NCBI GenBank assembly: GCA_963779755.1
Contig: CAVZZO010000001.1
Location: 2,208,001-2,272,000, forward strand
DNA: 64,000 nucleotides
Source of the DNA: an uncultured Gemmatimonadales bacterium
GTDB lineage: Bacteria > Gemmatimonadota > Gemmatimonadetes > Gemmatimonadales > GWC2-71-9
Reading direction: 5' to 3'
Shown here: one piece after another, positions 18,212 to 29,471 of the stretch
Numbering within the stretch: the first letter of the stretch is position 1
How the letters are laid out: each line of letters begins with the position of its first letter
Position numbers and translations under genes: made by a program
Notes under the pieces: model-generated
The model's input: the letters and a program-made list of their open reading frames with translations, nothing else
Told to the model about the DNA's origin: nothing
The model's database searches: none

Positions 18212-18820
18212 CTATCCTCCGTGCGAGACGGCCAGGGCGGCGGCCGTCTGAGTGGTGGGTTGCAGGAATCCCGCAAGAAAGAGCTGCGCCATGCCGTCGG
18301 CCAGGCGCTCCGGGGACAGGCGGCCCCCGGGGTGGTACCAGGTGTAGATCCAGTTCATCATGCCGAAAAGCGCGTAGGCGGCCAGCTCCCGGTCGACATC
18401 GACGCCGGGAACCTCTCCCAGCAGTTCCAGCAGGAGATCGACATACTCCCGCTTGCGCCGGCGGATCTGGGCCCGCATCGTCCCGTCCAGTTCGTCCTCC
18501 TCGTGCGACAGCACCTTCATCTCCGCCATATGCGCGGTGAAGAACTCCACATGATGACGGATGAAACCGCGCAGCCGTTCCACCGGGTCGCTCGCTCCGG
18601 CCACCGCCTCCCGCGCCCCGGTAATGACCTGGGCGAAGCAGCGGTCCTGGATGAGAAACAGGAGCTCGGTCTTGCTGCTCACATAGTGGTACATGCCGGC
18701 CAGGCTCATGCCGCTGGCCCGGGCCAGCGCCCGCATGGACGTGCCCTGAAAGCCCTGGTCGGCAAAGACCCGGACCGAGGCCGTCAGCAGCTTCTGGAGA
18801 CGTTCGTCAAAAGGTTCCAT
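18212..18820 (-). CDS. TetR-family repressor (PaaR/KstR2-like)
   Basis: FADQGFQGTSMRALARASGMSLAGMYHYVSSKTELL helix-turn-helix; C-terminal GMMNWIYTWYHPGG. Confidence 0.92.
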   Translation of the reverse strand: MEPFDERLQKLLTASVRVFADQGFQGTSMRALARASGMSLAGMYHYVSSKTELLFLIQDRCFAQVITGAREAVAGASDPVERLRGFIRHHVEFFTAHMAEMKVLSHEEDELDGTMRAQIRRRKREYVDLLLELLGEVPGVDVDRELAAYALFGMMNWIYTWYHPGGRLSPERLADGMAQLFLAGFLQPTTQTAAALAVSHGG

Positions 18821-18832
18821 TTCCTGCCCGTC

Positions 18833-18881
18833 CGAACGTTCGTTCGAACGCAACCTACTGCCGCCCCAAGGGCTGGGTCAA
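18833..18881 (-). promoter_or_regulatory. Sigma70 promoter plus PaaR-type operator for the catabolic operon
   Basis: Minus-strand TTGACC (18881-18876)-N18-TAGGTT (18857-18852); palindrome CGAACG-TT-CGTTCG at 18833-18846 over the predicted transcription start. Confidence 0.75.
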
Positions 18882-18905
18882 CCGCCGGGCGTCCGGGGAG
18901 TTAAC

Positions 18906-19487
18906 ATGGAGCGTGGCCCCACGTCCCTCTCCCTGCCCATGAGCGCTCTTGCCCGGCCGGACCCGGTCCTCGACGCCGCGCTGGTCGCCGCCTGCCGGGG
19001 CGGTGACCAGCGGGCGGCCGCCCAGCTGGTCGAGGCCCATGCCCCTGCCGTGGGCCGCTTTCTCTACAGCGCGGGCGCCGCTCCGGCGGACATCGAAGAT
19101 CTGGTGCAGGAGGCGTTCTTTCGTGCCTTTCGGCGGCTCGAGACGTGGCGGGCCGAGGCATCCTTCCGGGCCTGGTTGTTCAGCATTGCCGGCAACCTGC
19201 TCAAGGACCAGTTCCGCCGGGCGCGCGGCCGGCGGTTCCTGCCGCTGGAGGATCGTGACCTCCCCGATCGCCGCGACCCCGCGGCCACCCTGGAGGCCAC
19301 GGAGGCGGCGAAGCGGTTGCGGGAAGAGCTGGCGCGTCTGCCCCGGCTGCAGCGGGAGGTGTTCCTGCTGCGGGTCCAGGAGGGTTCGGATTACACCGCC
19401 ATCGCGGCGGCGCTGGGGACCACGCCGGGGGCGGCGCGGGTGCACTATCACCATGCGGTCAAGCGATTGAAGGAGCACCTGGCATGA
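18906..19487 (+). CDS. ECF RNA polymerase sigma factor
   Basis: DIEDLVQEAF, FRAWLFSIAGN, LPRLQREVFLL, region 4 helix-turn-helix. Start may be 18939. Confidence 0.92.
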   Translation: MERGPTSLSLPMSALARPDPVLDAALVAACRGGDQRAAAQLVEAHAPAVGRFLYSAGAAPADIEDLVQEAFFRAFRRLETWRAEASFRAWLFSIAGNLLKDQFRRARGRRFLPLEDRDLPDRRDPAATLEATEAAKRLREELARLPRLQREVFLLRVQEGSDYTAIAAALGTTPGAARVHYHHAVKRLKEHLA

Positions 19488-20017
19488 CCACCTGTGAACA
19501 GCTGTCCGATCGGATGCCCGCGGTGGCGCGCGGCCAGTCGGCCTGGACCCCCGGGGAGCGGATGCATCTGGAGGCCTGCCCCGGGTGCCGCCGGGAGTGG
19601 GAACTGGTCCGGCTGACGGCGGGGTTGGGGCGGGAGTGGGAAACCAGGATCGACGGCGCCCGGATGGCCCGGGCGGTGAGCGCCCGGCTTGCCCGGGAGG
19701 GCCGGCGCCACCAGCACCGGCGGCGCTGGACCTGGAGCGGGGTGGCCGCCCTGGCGGCTGCCGCGGCCCTGGCACTGGTGTTCCGGGCTCCCTGGCGGCC
19801 CCGGGCCCTTCCCGCGCGCACCGGTCCGGTGGCCGCCGCCTCGGGGGAGTTTGTCATTCCGGTTGCCGGGATCGACAGCCTGAGCGCCGATCAACTCGAA
19901 AGCGTGCTCGAAACGATGGACGTACCGCTCATCAGCACGACGTCCGTGGAGGCGCCGTCGCTGCAGGAACTGGATGATCAACAGCTCGAGCGGGTACTCC
20001 GCTCCCTGGAGGGATGA
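19484..20017 (+). CDS. Zinc-binding (ZAS) membrane anti-sigma factor
   Basis: C..., HLEACPGC (HxxxCxxC), one TM segment; ATGA overlap with the sigma gene. Confidence 0.85.
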   Translation: MTTCEQLSDRMPAVARGQSAWTPGERMHLEACPGCRREWELVRLTAGLGREWETRIDGARMARAVSARLAREGRRHQHRRRWTWSGVAALAAAAALALVFRAPWRPRALPARTGPVAAASGEFVIPVAGIDSLSADQLESVLETMDVPLISTTSVEAPSLQELDDQQLERVLRSLEG

Positions 20018-20532
20018 TGCGCGTATTCTGGTGTGCCGCGGCGACGGCCGCGCTGCTCGTGGCTCTTCCCCGGCCCAGCCTGGCCCAGCAGCCGGCGGGC
20101 CGGGCCGATTCGCTGCGACAGCTGATTCAGGAACGATTCGCCCGGACGGTGCAGGAGCAATTGGGACTCAGCGACGAGCAGGGCCGCCGGCTGCGGGAGA
20201 CGGCGTTCACCTGGTTCGCCCGGCGGCGGAACCTGGGACTGGAAGAGCACGATCTCAAGCAGGCGCTGGCCGGTCAGCTCCGCCCCGGAGTCGCCGCCGA
20301 CCAGGACAGCGTCTCGCAGCTGCTGAGCCGGCTGCTGGATCTCAAGGTGCGGCAGGTGGAAACCTACCGCGACGAAATGAAAGACCTGAGCTTTCTCACC
20401 CCGGTTCAGCGGGCCCAGTTCTTCGCCATGCGCGAGCGGCTGATGGAGCGGGTGCAGGACGTGCAGGGCCGCATGCAGCAGCGGCAGGAGCTGCGGGGAG
20501 CGAGACCGGGGGTGCGGGGGAGACAACCGTAG
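20014..20532 (+). CDS. Spy/CpxP-like periplasmic helical protein
   Basis: Signal peptide ending SLA-QQ; LGLSDEQ and LTPVQ (LTxxQ) motifs; ATGA overlap. Confidence 0.75.
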   Translation: MMRVFWCAAATAALLVALPRPSLAQQPAGRADSLRQLIQERFARTVQEQLGLSDEQGRRLRETAFTWFARRRNLGLEEHDLKQALAGQLRPGVAADQDSVSQLLSRLLDLKVRQVETYRDEMKDLSFLTPVQRAQFFAMRERLMERVQDVQGRMQQRQELRGARPGVRGRQP

Positions 20533-20536
20533 CTGC

Positions 20537-20626
20537 GGGAAACGGGAATAGGGAAAGGGGAACCGGGTGCACTGTGATATTCCCGTTCCCCGTTCCCCGT
20601 TCCCCGTTCCCTTTTCCCGTTTCCCT
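20537..20626. repeat. Heptamer (GGGAACG/CCCGTTC) tandem-repeat inverted element
   Basis: GGGAAACGGGAATAGGGAAAGGGGAAC ... TTCCCGTTCCCCGTTCCCCGTTCCCCGTTCCC. Confidence 0.85.
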
Positions 20627-20692
20627 TCTCGGTCTTCCCCCCCTCGGTCCTTCCCAGTAGTTTCTCCCCATTCCCTTTTCTGCGGAGTTCCC

Positions 20693-21448
20693 ATGGGACG
20701 AGTGGGTCTCCTGACCCCCGCCGTCCTGTTGCTTGTTCCGGGCTGGCGGCTGTTCGCCCTGGACATCACCTGGATCGAGCCGGTCGTGCGGTTCCTCTCC
20801 AGCCCGGTCATCGCGCCCCTTCTGCTCGCGATCGGCGTGCTGGGTCTGCTGTTCGAAATGAAGGCCGGCGCCTTCGGCCTGGGCGGGCTGGTGAGCCTGG
20901 TGGCGCTGGCCATCTTCTTCGGCGCCCATGTGCTGGTGGGGCTGGCGGGCTGGGGCGACGTCCTGCTGCTCATGGGCGGCCTCATGTTCATCGCGCTCGA
21001 GATGTTCGTACTGCCCGGTTTCGGGGTGGCCGGCATCCTGGGCATGTTGATGGTGGGGGCCTCCATCGTCCTGGCCATGGTCGGCTCCGTCCCCACCACC
21101 GGCGACATCCTCCAGGCGCTGGCGGTGCTGGGCGTGGCGCTGGTGCTCACCAGTACCGTGGTCTATACCTGGCTCCGGCATCTGCCCAACAGCACCCGGT
21201 TTCGCGGCCTGCTGCTCGACACCAGCCTGCATTCCGACCAGGGCTACGTCTCGGCGCTGCCCCGCCCGGAACTGATCGGCAAGGATGGCGTGGCGGTCAC
21301 CGATCTGCGACCCTCCGGCACCGTGCTGCTGGGCGACGAACGCATCGACGCCGTGAGCGAAGACGGCTACATCCGGGCGGGCGCCGCCGTCCGGGTCACC
21401 CGGGCGGAGGGCTACCGCCACGTGGTCCGCGCGATTCCCAACGCCTGA
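20693..21448 (+). CDS. nfeD: NfeD family membrane protein (TM region plus C-terminal OB fold)
   Basis: ALEMFVLPGFGVAGILG, LIGKDGVAVTDLRPSG, IDAVSEDGYI; lies upstream of floA. Confidence 0.88.
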   Translation: MGRVGLLTPAVLLLVPGWRLFALDITWIEPVVRFLSSPVIAPLLLAIGVLGLLFEMKAGAFGLGGLVSLVALAIFFGAHVLVGLAGWGDVLLLMGGLMFIALEMFVLPGFGVAGILGMLMVGASIVLAMVGSVPTTGDILQALAVLGVALVLTSTVVYTWLRHLPNSTRFRGLLLDTSLHSDQGYVSALPRPELIGKDGVAVTDLRPSGTVLLGDERIDAVSEDGYIRAGAAVRVTRAEGYRHVVRAIPNA

Positions 21449-21505
21449 TTGTCCCGGTGAGTCAGGGTTTGAAGCGGGCTCCGGCCGGCTGGGGAGAAAC
21501 TGCTG

Positions 21506-21526
21506 ACCGCGAAGACGCGAAGGACG
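21506..21526 (+). repeat. Orphan arm of the ACCGCGAAG-family element
   Basis: ACCGCGAAGACGCGAAGGACG is identical to 56886-56906. Confidence 0.7.
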
Positions 21527-21587
21527 TTCTGACCGGCACGAGACCCGGAAGCGCCATTTTATACTTCTCCAGACTGAGGCGGACATC

Positions 21588-22595
21588 GTGAACGACCTGT
21601 CGCAATTAGGGGGACCGCTCCTGCTGGTCCTGCTGGTCATCGGGGTTTTCATCCTGATGATCTTCTTCCGGTTCGTCCCCGTCGGCCTCTGGATCACCGC
21701 CCTCGCGTCCGAAGTGCACGTGCGCTTCACCACGCTCATCGGAATGCGGCTGCGCAAGGTCAACCCGCGCGCCATTGTGAACCCGCTGATCAATGCGTCG
21801 AAAGCCGGCCTGCATCTGCCCATCAACGACCTGGAGGCACATTATCTGGCCGGCGGCAGCGTCGAGCGAGTGGTCCGCGCGCTGATCTCTGCGGGCAAGG
21901 CCGGCATTGCCCTCGACCTGAAGCAGGCGACCGCGATCGACCTGGCCGGCCGCGACGTGTTCGAGGCGGTGCAGGTGAGCGTTAATCCCAAGGTGATCAC
22001 CACGCCCAAGGTGGCCGCCATGGCCAAGGACGGGATCCAGCTCCTCGCGCTGGCGCGGGTCACCGTGCGGGCGAATATCAACCGGCTGGTGGGCGGGGCC
22101 GGCGAGGAAACCATCCTCGCCCGCGTGGGCGAGGGCATCGTCAGTACTATCGGCTCGGCCACCAGCCACAAGGCGGTCCTGGAGAACCCCGATCTCATCT
22201 CCAAGACCGTGCTGGCCAAGGGGCTCGACGCGGGCACCGCGTTCGAAATCCTCTCCATCGACATTGCCGACGTCGACGTGGGCAAGAACATCGGTGCCGA
22301 GCTGCAGACCGACCAGGCGGAGGCCGACAAGCGCATCGCCCAGGCCAAGGCGGAGGAACGGCGCGCCCTGGCGGTGGCCATGGAACAGGAATACAAGGCG
22401 GAGACCCAGCGGCAGCGGGCCAAGCTGATCGAGGCCGAGGCCCAGATTCCGCTGGCCATGTCCGACGCCTTCCGCAGCGGGAACCTGGGCGTCATGGATT
22501 ATCAACGTTACCGGAATCTCGAGGCGGACACCTCCATGCGGCAGAGCATCGCGGGGCAGGGGCAGTCCGGCGGCAACAGCAGCCCGGTGGCCTGA
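21588..22595 (+). CDS. floA: Flotillin-like protein FloA (YqfA family)
   Basis: [62 protein letters not shown]. Confidence 0.95.
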   Translation: MNDLSQLGGPLLLVLLVIGVFILMIFFRFVPVGLWITALASEVHVRFTTLIGMRLRKVNPRAIVNPLINASKAGLHLPINDLEAHYLAGGSVERVVRALISAGKAGIALDLKQATAIDLAGRDVFEAVQVSVNPKVITTPKVAAMAKDGIQLLALARVTVRANINRLVGGAGEETILARVGEGIVSTIGSATSHKAVLENPDLISKTVLAKGLDAGTAFEILSIDIADVDVGKNIGAELQTDQAEADKRIAQAKAEERRALAVAMEQEYKAETQRQRAKLIEAEAQIPLAMSDAFRSGNLGVMDYQRYRNLEADTSMRQSIAGQGQSGGNSSPVA

Positions 22596-23137
22596 TGCTG
22601 CCCCCACCGCTGCGGGCCGACGGTTTCGGCCTGATCTTCGCCGTGGCCATGGTGATCGCCTTCATCAACCTGGTGAAGAAGTCGCAGCAGGCTGCTCAGC
22701 AGCAGAAGAACCGCCTGGCCGAGGCGGAGCGCCTGCGCCGGAGGGCGGCCGGGACGGCCGGAGCCCTCACAGCCCGACCCGAGACGAAGCGATCCGGGCT
22801 GCTGGAAGATCTGGAACGGAATCTGGCGCTGCTTACCGGCGCACCGGTCGCTACGACGGTGCCCGCCCGAAGGCCGCCCGGGCGGACGGCCGCGCCCACG
22901 GTCCTGGACCTGGACGAAGAGGCCGAGGACCTGGTGCAGCGGCGCATCGATCAGGCGGAAGCGCGTAACCACGCCATCTCCGATGCTGATTATGCGGCCT
23001 TCGAGAAGAAGATCCGGAAGGTCCAGCAGCCGGTGGCGGTGCCCGTGGCAGCGCCGGCGATCCAGCCGGTGGATCTGCGCCAGGCTATCATCTGGAATGA
23101 AGTGCTGAGTCCGCCCGTCAGCTTGCGCCGGCAGTAG
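22595..23137 (+). CDS. YqfB-like hypothetical membrane-anchored protein
   Basis: N-terminal TM; C-terminal LRQAIIWNEVLSPP motif; TGATG overlap with floA. Confidence 0.7.
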   Translation: MLPPPLRADGFGLIFAVAMVIAFINLVKKSQQAAQQQKNRLAEAERLRRRAAGTAGALTARPETKRSGLLEDLERNLALLTGAPVATTVPARRPPGRTAAPTVLDLDEEAEDLVQRRIDQAEARNHAISDADYAAFEKKIRKVQQPVAVPVAAPAIQPVDLRQAIIWNEVLSPPVSLRRQ

Positions 23138-23165
23138 AAGTCGGCCGGAAGGCGAGGGGCTCTAC

Positions 23166-23417
23166 GGCCGACCTGGTACCGCCCGGTAGGCCCAGGTCCG
23201 GTTAGAACCGCAGATTACGCAGATTTTTACTGCGGATTTCGCTGATGGCCCCGAAGAGTGGGGAAGCCCCGCGGAACTTCGCGGTTCTCACAAACAAACT
23301 GTTATCTGTTGCTTCCCCTCAGGCAAGTTGTGGAGTGGCGCAGGGAGCCCATACAGAATCTGCGCAATCTGCGTAATCTGCGGTTTCGTACCAGAACTGA
23401 ACGCAGGCACGAAGGCC
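23166..23417. mobile_element. MITE-like element, CAGATTACG 9-mer family with composite terminal inverted repeats (copy 1)
   Basis: Inner arms AACCGCAGATTACGCAGATT (23206) and AATCTGCGCAATCTGCGTAATCTGCGGTT (23357-23385); outer CCTGGTACC..CCCAGGTCC motif shared with 29232-29258. Confidence 0.65.
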
Positions 23418-23450
23418 TGGCGAAGCTCCACCCCCCCCCACGGAGGTCGC

Positions 23451-24008
23451 ATGGTCACCCTGTCCCAGCTGGTTCTGCCGATCGTGCTTTCGGCGGTGCT
23501 CGTCTTCGTGGTCAGCTTCCTGGTGCACATGGTGCTGGGGTATCACAAGTCCGACATGCGGGGGCTGCCCAACGAAGAGGCGGCCCGCCAGGTCCTGGGC
23601 GGCGCCCTGGCGCCGGGCCAGTACGCCATCCCCTACTGCGCGGATATGAAGGCGATGAAAGACCCGGCCATCCAGCAGCGCTGGAAGGAGGGGCCGGTCG
23701 CCGTCCTCACCGTGTTTCGCCCGGGGCCGATGCGCATGGGCGGCATGCTGGTGCAGTGGTTCGTCTACTGCCTGGTCATTTCCTTCTTCGTTGCCTACCT
23801 CACCAGCAGGCTGCTGATCCCCGCCACCGACTACCTCCACGTCTTCCGCGTGGCCGGCACCGTGGCCTGGCTGGGCTATGCCGGGGCCACCATCTCGCAG
23901 GGCATCTGGATGGGACGGCCCTGGTCGACGGTGCTGAAGGACGTCTTCGATGGGCTGCTGTACGGCCTGGTAACGGCGGGGACGTTCGGCTGGCTGTGGC
24001 CGCGGTAG
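23451..24008 (+). CDS. Conserved hypothetical membrane protein
   Basis: GGAGG SD; about four TM segments; HMVLGYHKSD, PGQYAIP, EGPVAVL. Confidence 0.8.
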   Translation: MVTLSQLVLPIVLSAVLVFVVSFLVHMVLGYHKSDMRGLPNEEAARQVLGGALAPGQYAIPYCADMKAMKDPAIQQRWKEGPVAVLTVFRPGPMRMGGMLVQWFVYCLVISFFVAYLTSRLLIPATDYLHVFRVAGTVAWLGYAGATISQGIWMGRPWSTVLKDVFDGLLYGLVTAGTFGWLWPR

Positions 24009-24010
24009 GA

Positions 24011-24046
24011 GGGGCAGGGGGCGAGGCATGCCTCGCCCCCTGCCCC
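24011..24046. repeat. Perfect 36-bp palindrome (REP-like or bidirectional terminator)
   Basis: GGGGCAGGGGGCGAGGCA|TGCCTCGCCCCCTGCCCC between convergent genes. Confidence 0.85.
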
Positions 24047-24059
24047 CGCGTTCCGCTTC

Positions 24060-24626
24060 CTACCCCTCAACACGCCGCTTCCCGTACCGTTCCCGGTACA
24101 TCTCCATCCCCTGCAGAATCGCCGCTCTCGCCGCTTCGGCGCCTTCGAATCCCTTCGTTTCGGTATGCGTCCCCTCCAGGTCCTTGTAGACCTGGAAGAA
24201 GTGCTCGATTTCCCGGAGCGAGTGGGGCGGGACATCCTCCAGTTCGTTGATTCCCTCGGAATAGGGATCGGCGATGGGCACCGCCAGCACCTTCTCGTCC
24301 GCCGCCCCGTGGTCCACCAGGTGAAAGAGGCCGATGGGCCGCGCCTCCACCAGGCAGCCGGGAAAGACCGGGATGGTCATGAGCAGCATGATATCCAGCG
24401 GGTCGCCGTCGTCGCCCAGCGTCCGCGGCAGGAACCCGTAATCGCCCGGGTAGTGCACCGCGCTGTGCAGGATGCGGTCCAGGCGGTAGATCCCCAGCTC
24501 CTTGTCCAGCTCGTACTTGTTGCGCTCGTTGGCCGGGATCTCGATGACGGCGGTGACGACCGATGGCGGCCGCGGGCCGGTGGGGATGTCGTGCCAGGGG
24601 TGGAAGTGGCGGATGGGCGGAGTCAT
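24060..24626 (-). CDS. ppa: Inorganic pyrophosphatase (family I)
   Basis: HPWHDI, VIEIP, NKYELDK, YPGDYGFLPRTLGDDGDPLD, HFFQVYKDLEG. Confidence 0.95.
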   Translation of the reverse strand: MTPPIRHFHPWHDIPTGPRPPSVVTAVIEIPANERNKYELDKELGIYRLDRILHSAVHYPGDYGFLPRTLGDDGDPLDIMLLMTIPVFPGCLVEARPIGLFHLVDHGAADEKVLAVPIADPYSEGINELEDVPPHSLREIEHFFQVYKDLEGTHTETKGFEGAEAARAAILQGMEMYRERYGKRRVEG

Positions 24627-24630
24627 TGAT

Positions 24631-24748
24631 TGGTCGAGGGGGTCGAGGGGGTCGAGGGGGTCGAGGTCGACGGTCAAAGATATCCTCCGGACCGCCGGAC
24701 CGCCGGACCGCCGGACCGCCTGACCGCCTGACGGCCCTGACGGCCCTG
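24631..24748. repeat. 9-mer (GGTCGAGGG) and octamer (ACCGCCGG/ACCGCCTG) tandem arrays
   Basis: GGTCGAGGG x3-4 at 24632-24670; GGACCGCC x4 from 24689. Confidence 0.85.
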
Positions 24749-24824
24749 AGCCTTCCTTCACCTGCCCTTCAGTTCCGCTTTTCATCCTTCCTGCCACAAT
24801 GATACCGGAACAGGGGAGGGGTAT

Positions 24825-25319
24825 ATGACACCCAAACGGGCGCGTATCATCGCCGAGGGGGTGGTGGCCGGCATCCTGGGCCACCTCGGCATTGCCCTGA
24901 CACTCATGATCGCGGATCTGGCGGCCGGTCGCTGGATCCTCTTCACCCCGGCCCTGCTCGGCAGCGTCCTGCTGGAGGGGGCTCGGGACGTCACCCAGGT
25001 CTCGCTCCGGGCCGAGCCGGTGCTGGCCTACTCGAGCATCCACCTGGTGGTGATGATCGGGTTCGGGCTGATCGCCAGCCTGCTCATCCACCTGAGCGAG
25101 CGGCGGCCCATTCTCTGGCTGGGCACGCTGTTTCTCTTCCTTTTCGTTGCCTGGCATCTGACCGGAGCGGTGCTGACGCTGCTGGGGCCGGTGCAGGGGG
25201 ATCTGTCGCCGGGATGGGTGCTGGTGGCCTCCGGCGTCGGTGCCGGCGCCATGGCCGCCTACCTGTGGCGCGAGCACGCGGGCCTGGTGCGGCGGCTCCG
25301 AGGGGAACGGTTCGCCTGA
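24825..25319 (+). CDS. Hypothetical membrane protein
   Basis: GGAGG SD; four TM segments; EGVVAGILG, FTPALLG, YSSIH. Confidence 0.8.
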   Translation: MTPKRARIIAEGVVAGILGHLGIALTLMIADLAAGRWILFTPALLGSVLLEGARDVTQVSLRAEPVLAYSSIHLVVMIGFGLIASLLIHLSERRPILWLGTLFLFLFVAWHLTGAVLTLLGPVQGDLSPGWVLVASGVGAGAMAAYLWREHAGLVRRLRGERFA

Positions 25320-25372
25320 TCGCTTTGCGTTGCTTGCTTCCAGGGTCCGCCGGGGCGAAACTTCCCGTCCTG

Positions 25373-25457
25373 GCCCGAGTGGCGGAATGGCAGACGCAGT
25401 GGACTCAAAATCCACCGGGGAGCGATCCCCGTGCGAGTTCGACTCTCGCCTCGGGCA
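25373..25457 (+). tRNA. tRNA-Leu (anticodon CAA)
   Basis: Acceptor stem GCCCGAG/CTCGGGC-A, D-loop GGCGGAATGGCAGACGC, anticodon arm GTGGA-CTCAAAA-TCCAC, long variable arm, T-loop GTTCGACT; CCA not encoded. Confidence 0.96.
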
Positions 25458-25604
25458 TGCTTCACCCTCTCCGTTTTTTGGCAACATTCCAACCCAGCCG
25501 TCGCACCTCTTTCCCCAGCCGGGGCGTTCGGTTTGCGCACTCCAACGCTGGATGCTCTCGGGCTCGACCGGCAGGTCATCCTGAAAACGGACTGAATAAA
25601 AACC

Positions 25605-25633
25605 TTGACTGTATCTAGAAGTCTAGGTATCGT
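25605..25633 (+). promoter_or_regulatory. Sigma70 promoter of furA-katG with a putative Fur-family operator
   Basis: TTGACT-N17-TATCGT ending 7 nt before ATG 25641; imperfect inverted repeat CTTGA-N5-TCTAG over the -35. Confidence 0.7.
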
Positions 25634-26059
25634 CTATCTAATGACAGACGATCCCGCCGTCCTCCTTCGCCAGCACGGTCTCCACGTTACTGCCCAGCGC
25701 CTCGCGGTGCTGCGCGCGGTGGCGGGGCAGCCGCACATCACCGCCGACGGCGTGGCGGAGATCGCCGGCTCCGAAATCGGTACCATCTCGCGTCAGGCGG
25801 TCTACGACGCCCTCGGCGCGCTGGTGGAGAAGGGGATTCTCCGGCGCATTCAGCCCACGGGGTCATCGGCCCGGTTCGAGACGAGGGTGGGCGATAACCA
25901 TCATCACCTGGTCTGCCGCGTCTGCGGGAACGTAGTGGACGTGGACTGCGCGGTCGGCTCGGCGCCCTGTCTCACCCCGGCCCAGGACGCGGGCTACGAC
26001 GTGGACGAGGCCGAGGTGGTGTACTGGGGCCGCTGCCCCAGGTGCCAGGCTTCTTCCTT

Positions 26060-28406
<2,347 letters not shown>

Positions 28407-28703
28407 CGGCAGGCGAATTCGGCGCTGCGGTGATGCCGGGTGGCGGGACCTCGCGTCCTGTCACCCGGATTTCACATGCAGGGCAACGAGGGCTGATGCC
28501 CGCTCCTGCAGCCGATTGCATGGCACGACTCATCGAAGCGCGGTGATGTGCGAGGCCGGATGGGCCAACCGGCGGGTGCAAGAAATGTCCTCCCGCCATA
28601 AGTCCCTTGCGCTGGCGGCCCTGGCGAAGCGCGGCAGAGGTGGCATGGCAAATGCCGCGATGGCTCGCGTCCAGTGCCGCCGGAAATTCCCAGAGCCGAA
28701 TTC

Positions 28704-29189
28704 ATGTCCGCATCGCCGCAACCGTCCTGGAACGATCCGCTGTCGCGGGAGGTTGATCAGCTGCTCGCGAGCCTCGGGAGCAGCGGGCCCCGGCGCGCCA
28801 GCCGGTCGGCTGTGCCCGGCGAAACGGAGCCGGCGGCGCCGATGGTCCGGCCCAGGCTGGCGCCGGTCGTCAGCTCGGCCGATGCGCCCGGCCCCTGGCC
28901 TGTGGCAGCGCTCTGGGCCCGGGTCTCGCTTGGCGCGGCACTGGGCGCCGGGATGCTGTTGTGGCCCTATACCCACCGCTGCGGCTGGCCGCTGGGCGGC
29001 TATCTCACGGCGGTGTTCATGGTCCTGCTGAGCGGAGCCTGGGTGGCGCTGGTGGCCTGGAAGGCGCGCCATGCCGTCGCGCACGTGCTCGCCCTCCTCC
29101 TGGTCTTCTGGGGCATAACGCTGGCGGCGGAGCAGATCCTGCCCCGCATCGGATATGCGGCGGTGCCGGCAAGCTGGCTCTGCCGCTAG
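28704..29189 (+). CDS. Hypothetical membrane protein
   Basis: REVDQLL N-terminus, three TM segments, WPY..CG, ILPRIGYA..W.C. Confidence 0.72.
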   Translation: MSASPQPSWNDPLSREVDQLLASLGSSGPRRASRSAVPGETEPAAPMVRPRLAPVVSSADAPGPWPVAALWARVSLGAALGAGMLLWPYTHRCGWPLGGYLTAVFMVLLSGAWVALVAWKARHAVAHVLALLLVFWGITLAAEQILPRIGYAAVPASWLCR

Positions 29190-29231
29190 CCCTTCTGCCT
29201 CTGCTCATGATGGCCTGCCTAGGTATCCCTG

Positions 29232-29471
29232 CCTGGTACCAATGAATGGCCCAGGTCCAATGGGGAACCGCAGATTACACAGATTTACGCAGACGTTGTT
29301 CCTCGCTCTGCATCCCTCCGCGATGGTTGCCCGCATACCTAAGGAATTTGATGGCGCTTGCGTGTTGGGGAACCGGCGTCGCTCCGGGAGCACCGCCGTC
29401 GATCGGGACAATCTGCGTAATCTGCGGTTCCAGCACCGGACCTGAGTTCTCCCCCGGGTACAAGGCCAGCC
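29232..29471. mobile_element. MITE-like element, CAGATTACG family (copy 2)
   Basis: GGAACCGCAGATTA (29264) ... TAATCTGCGGTTCC (29431); outer arms CCTGGTACC..CCCAGGTCC and ACCGGACCTGA..GTACAAGG. Confidence 0.65.

Noticed and set aside
23206..23385. Integron attC site (AAC...GTT ends)
   Set aside because: Flanks do not fit RYYYAAC/GTTRRRY, and there is no integrase or cassette array.
23431..23439. C9 homopolymer as a phase-variation switch
   Set aside because: It is outside the CDS and upstream of the SD, with no identified promoter spanning it; unremarkable at this GC content.
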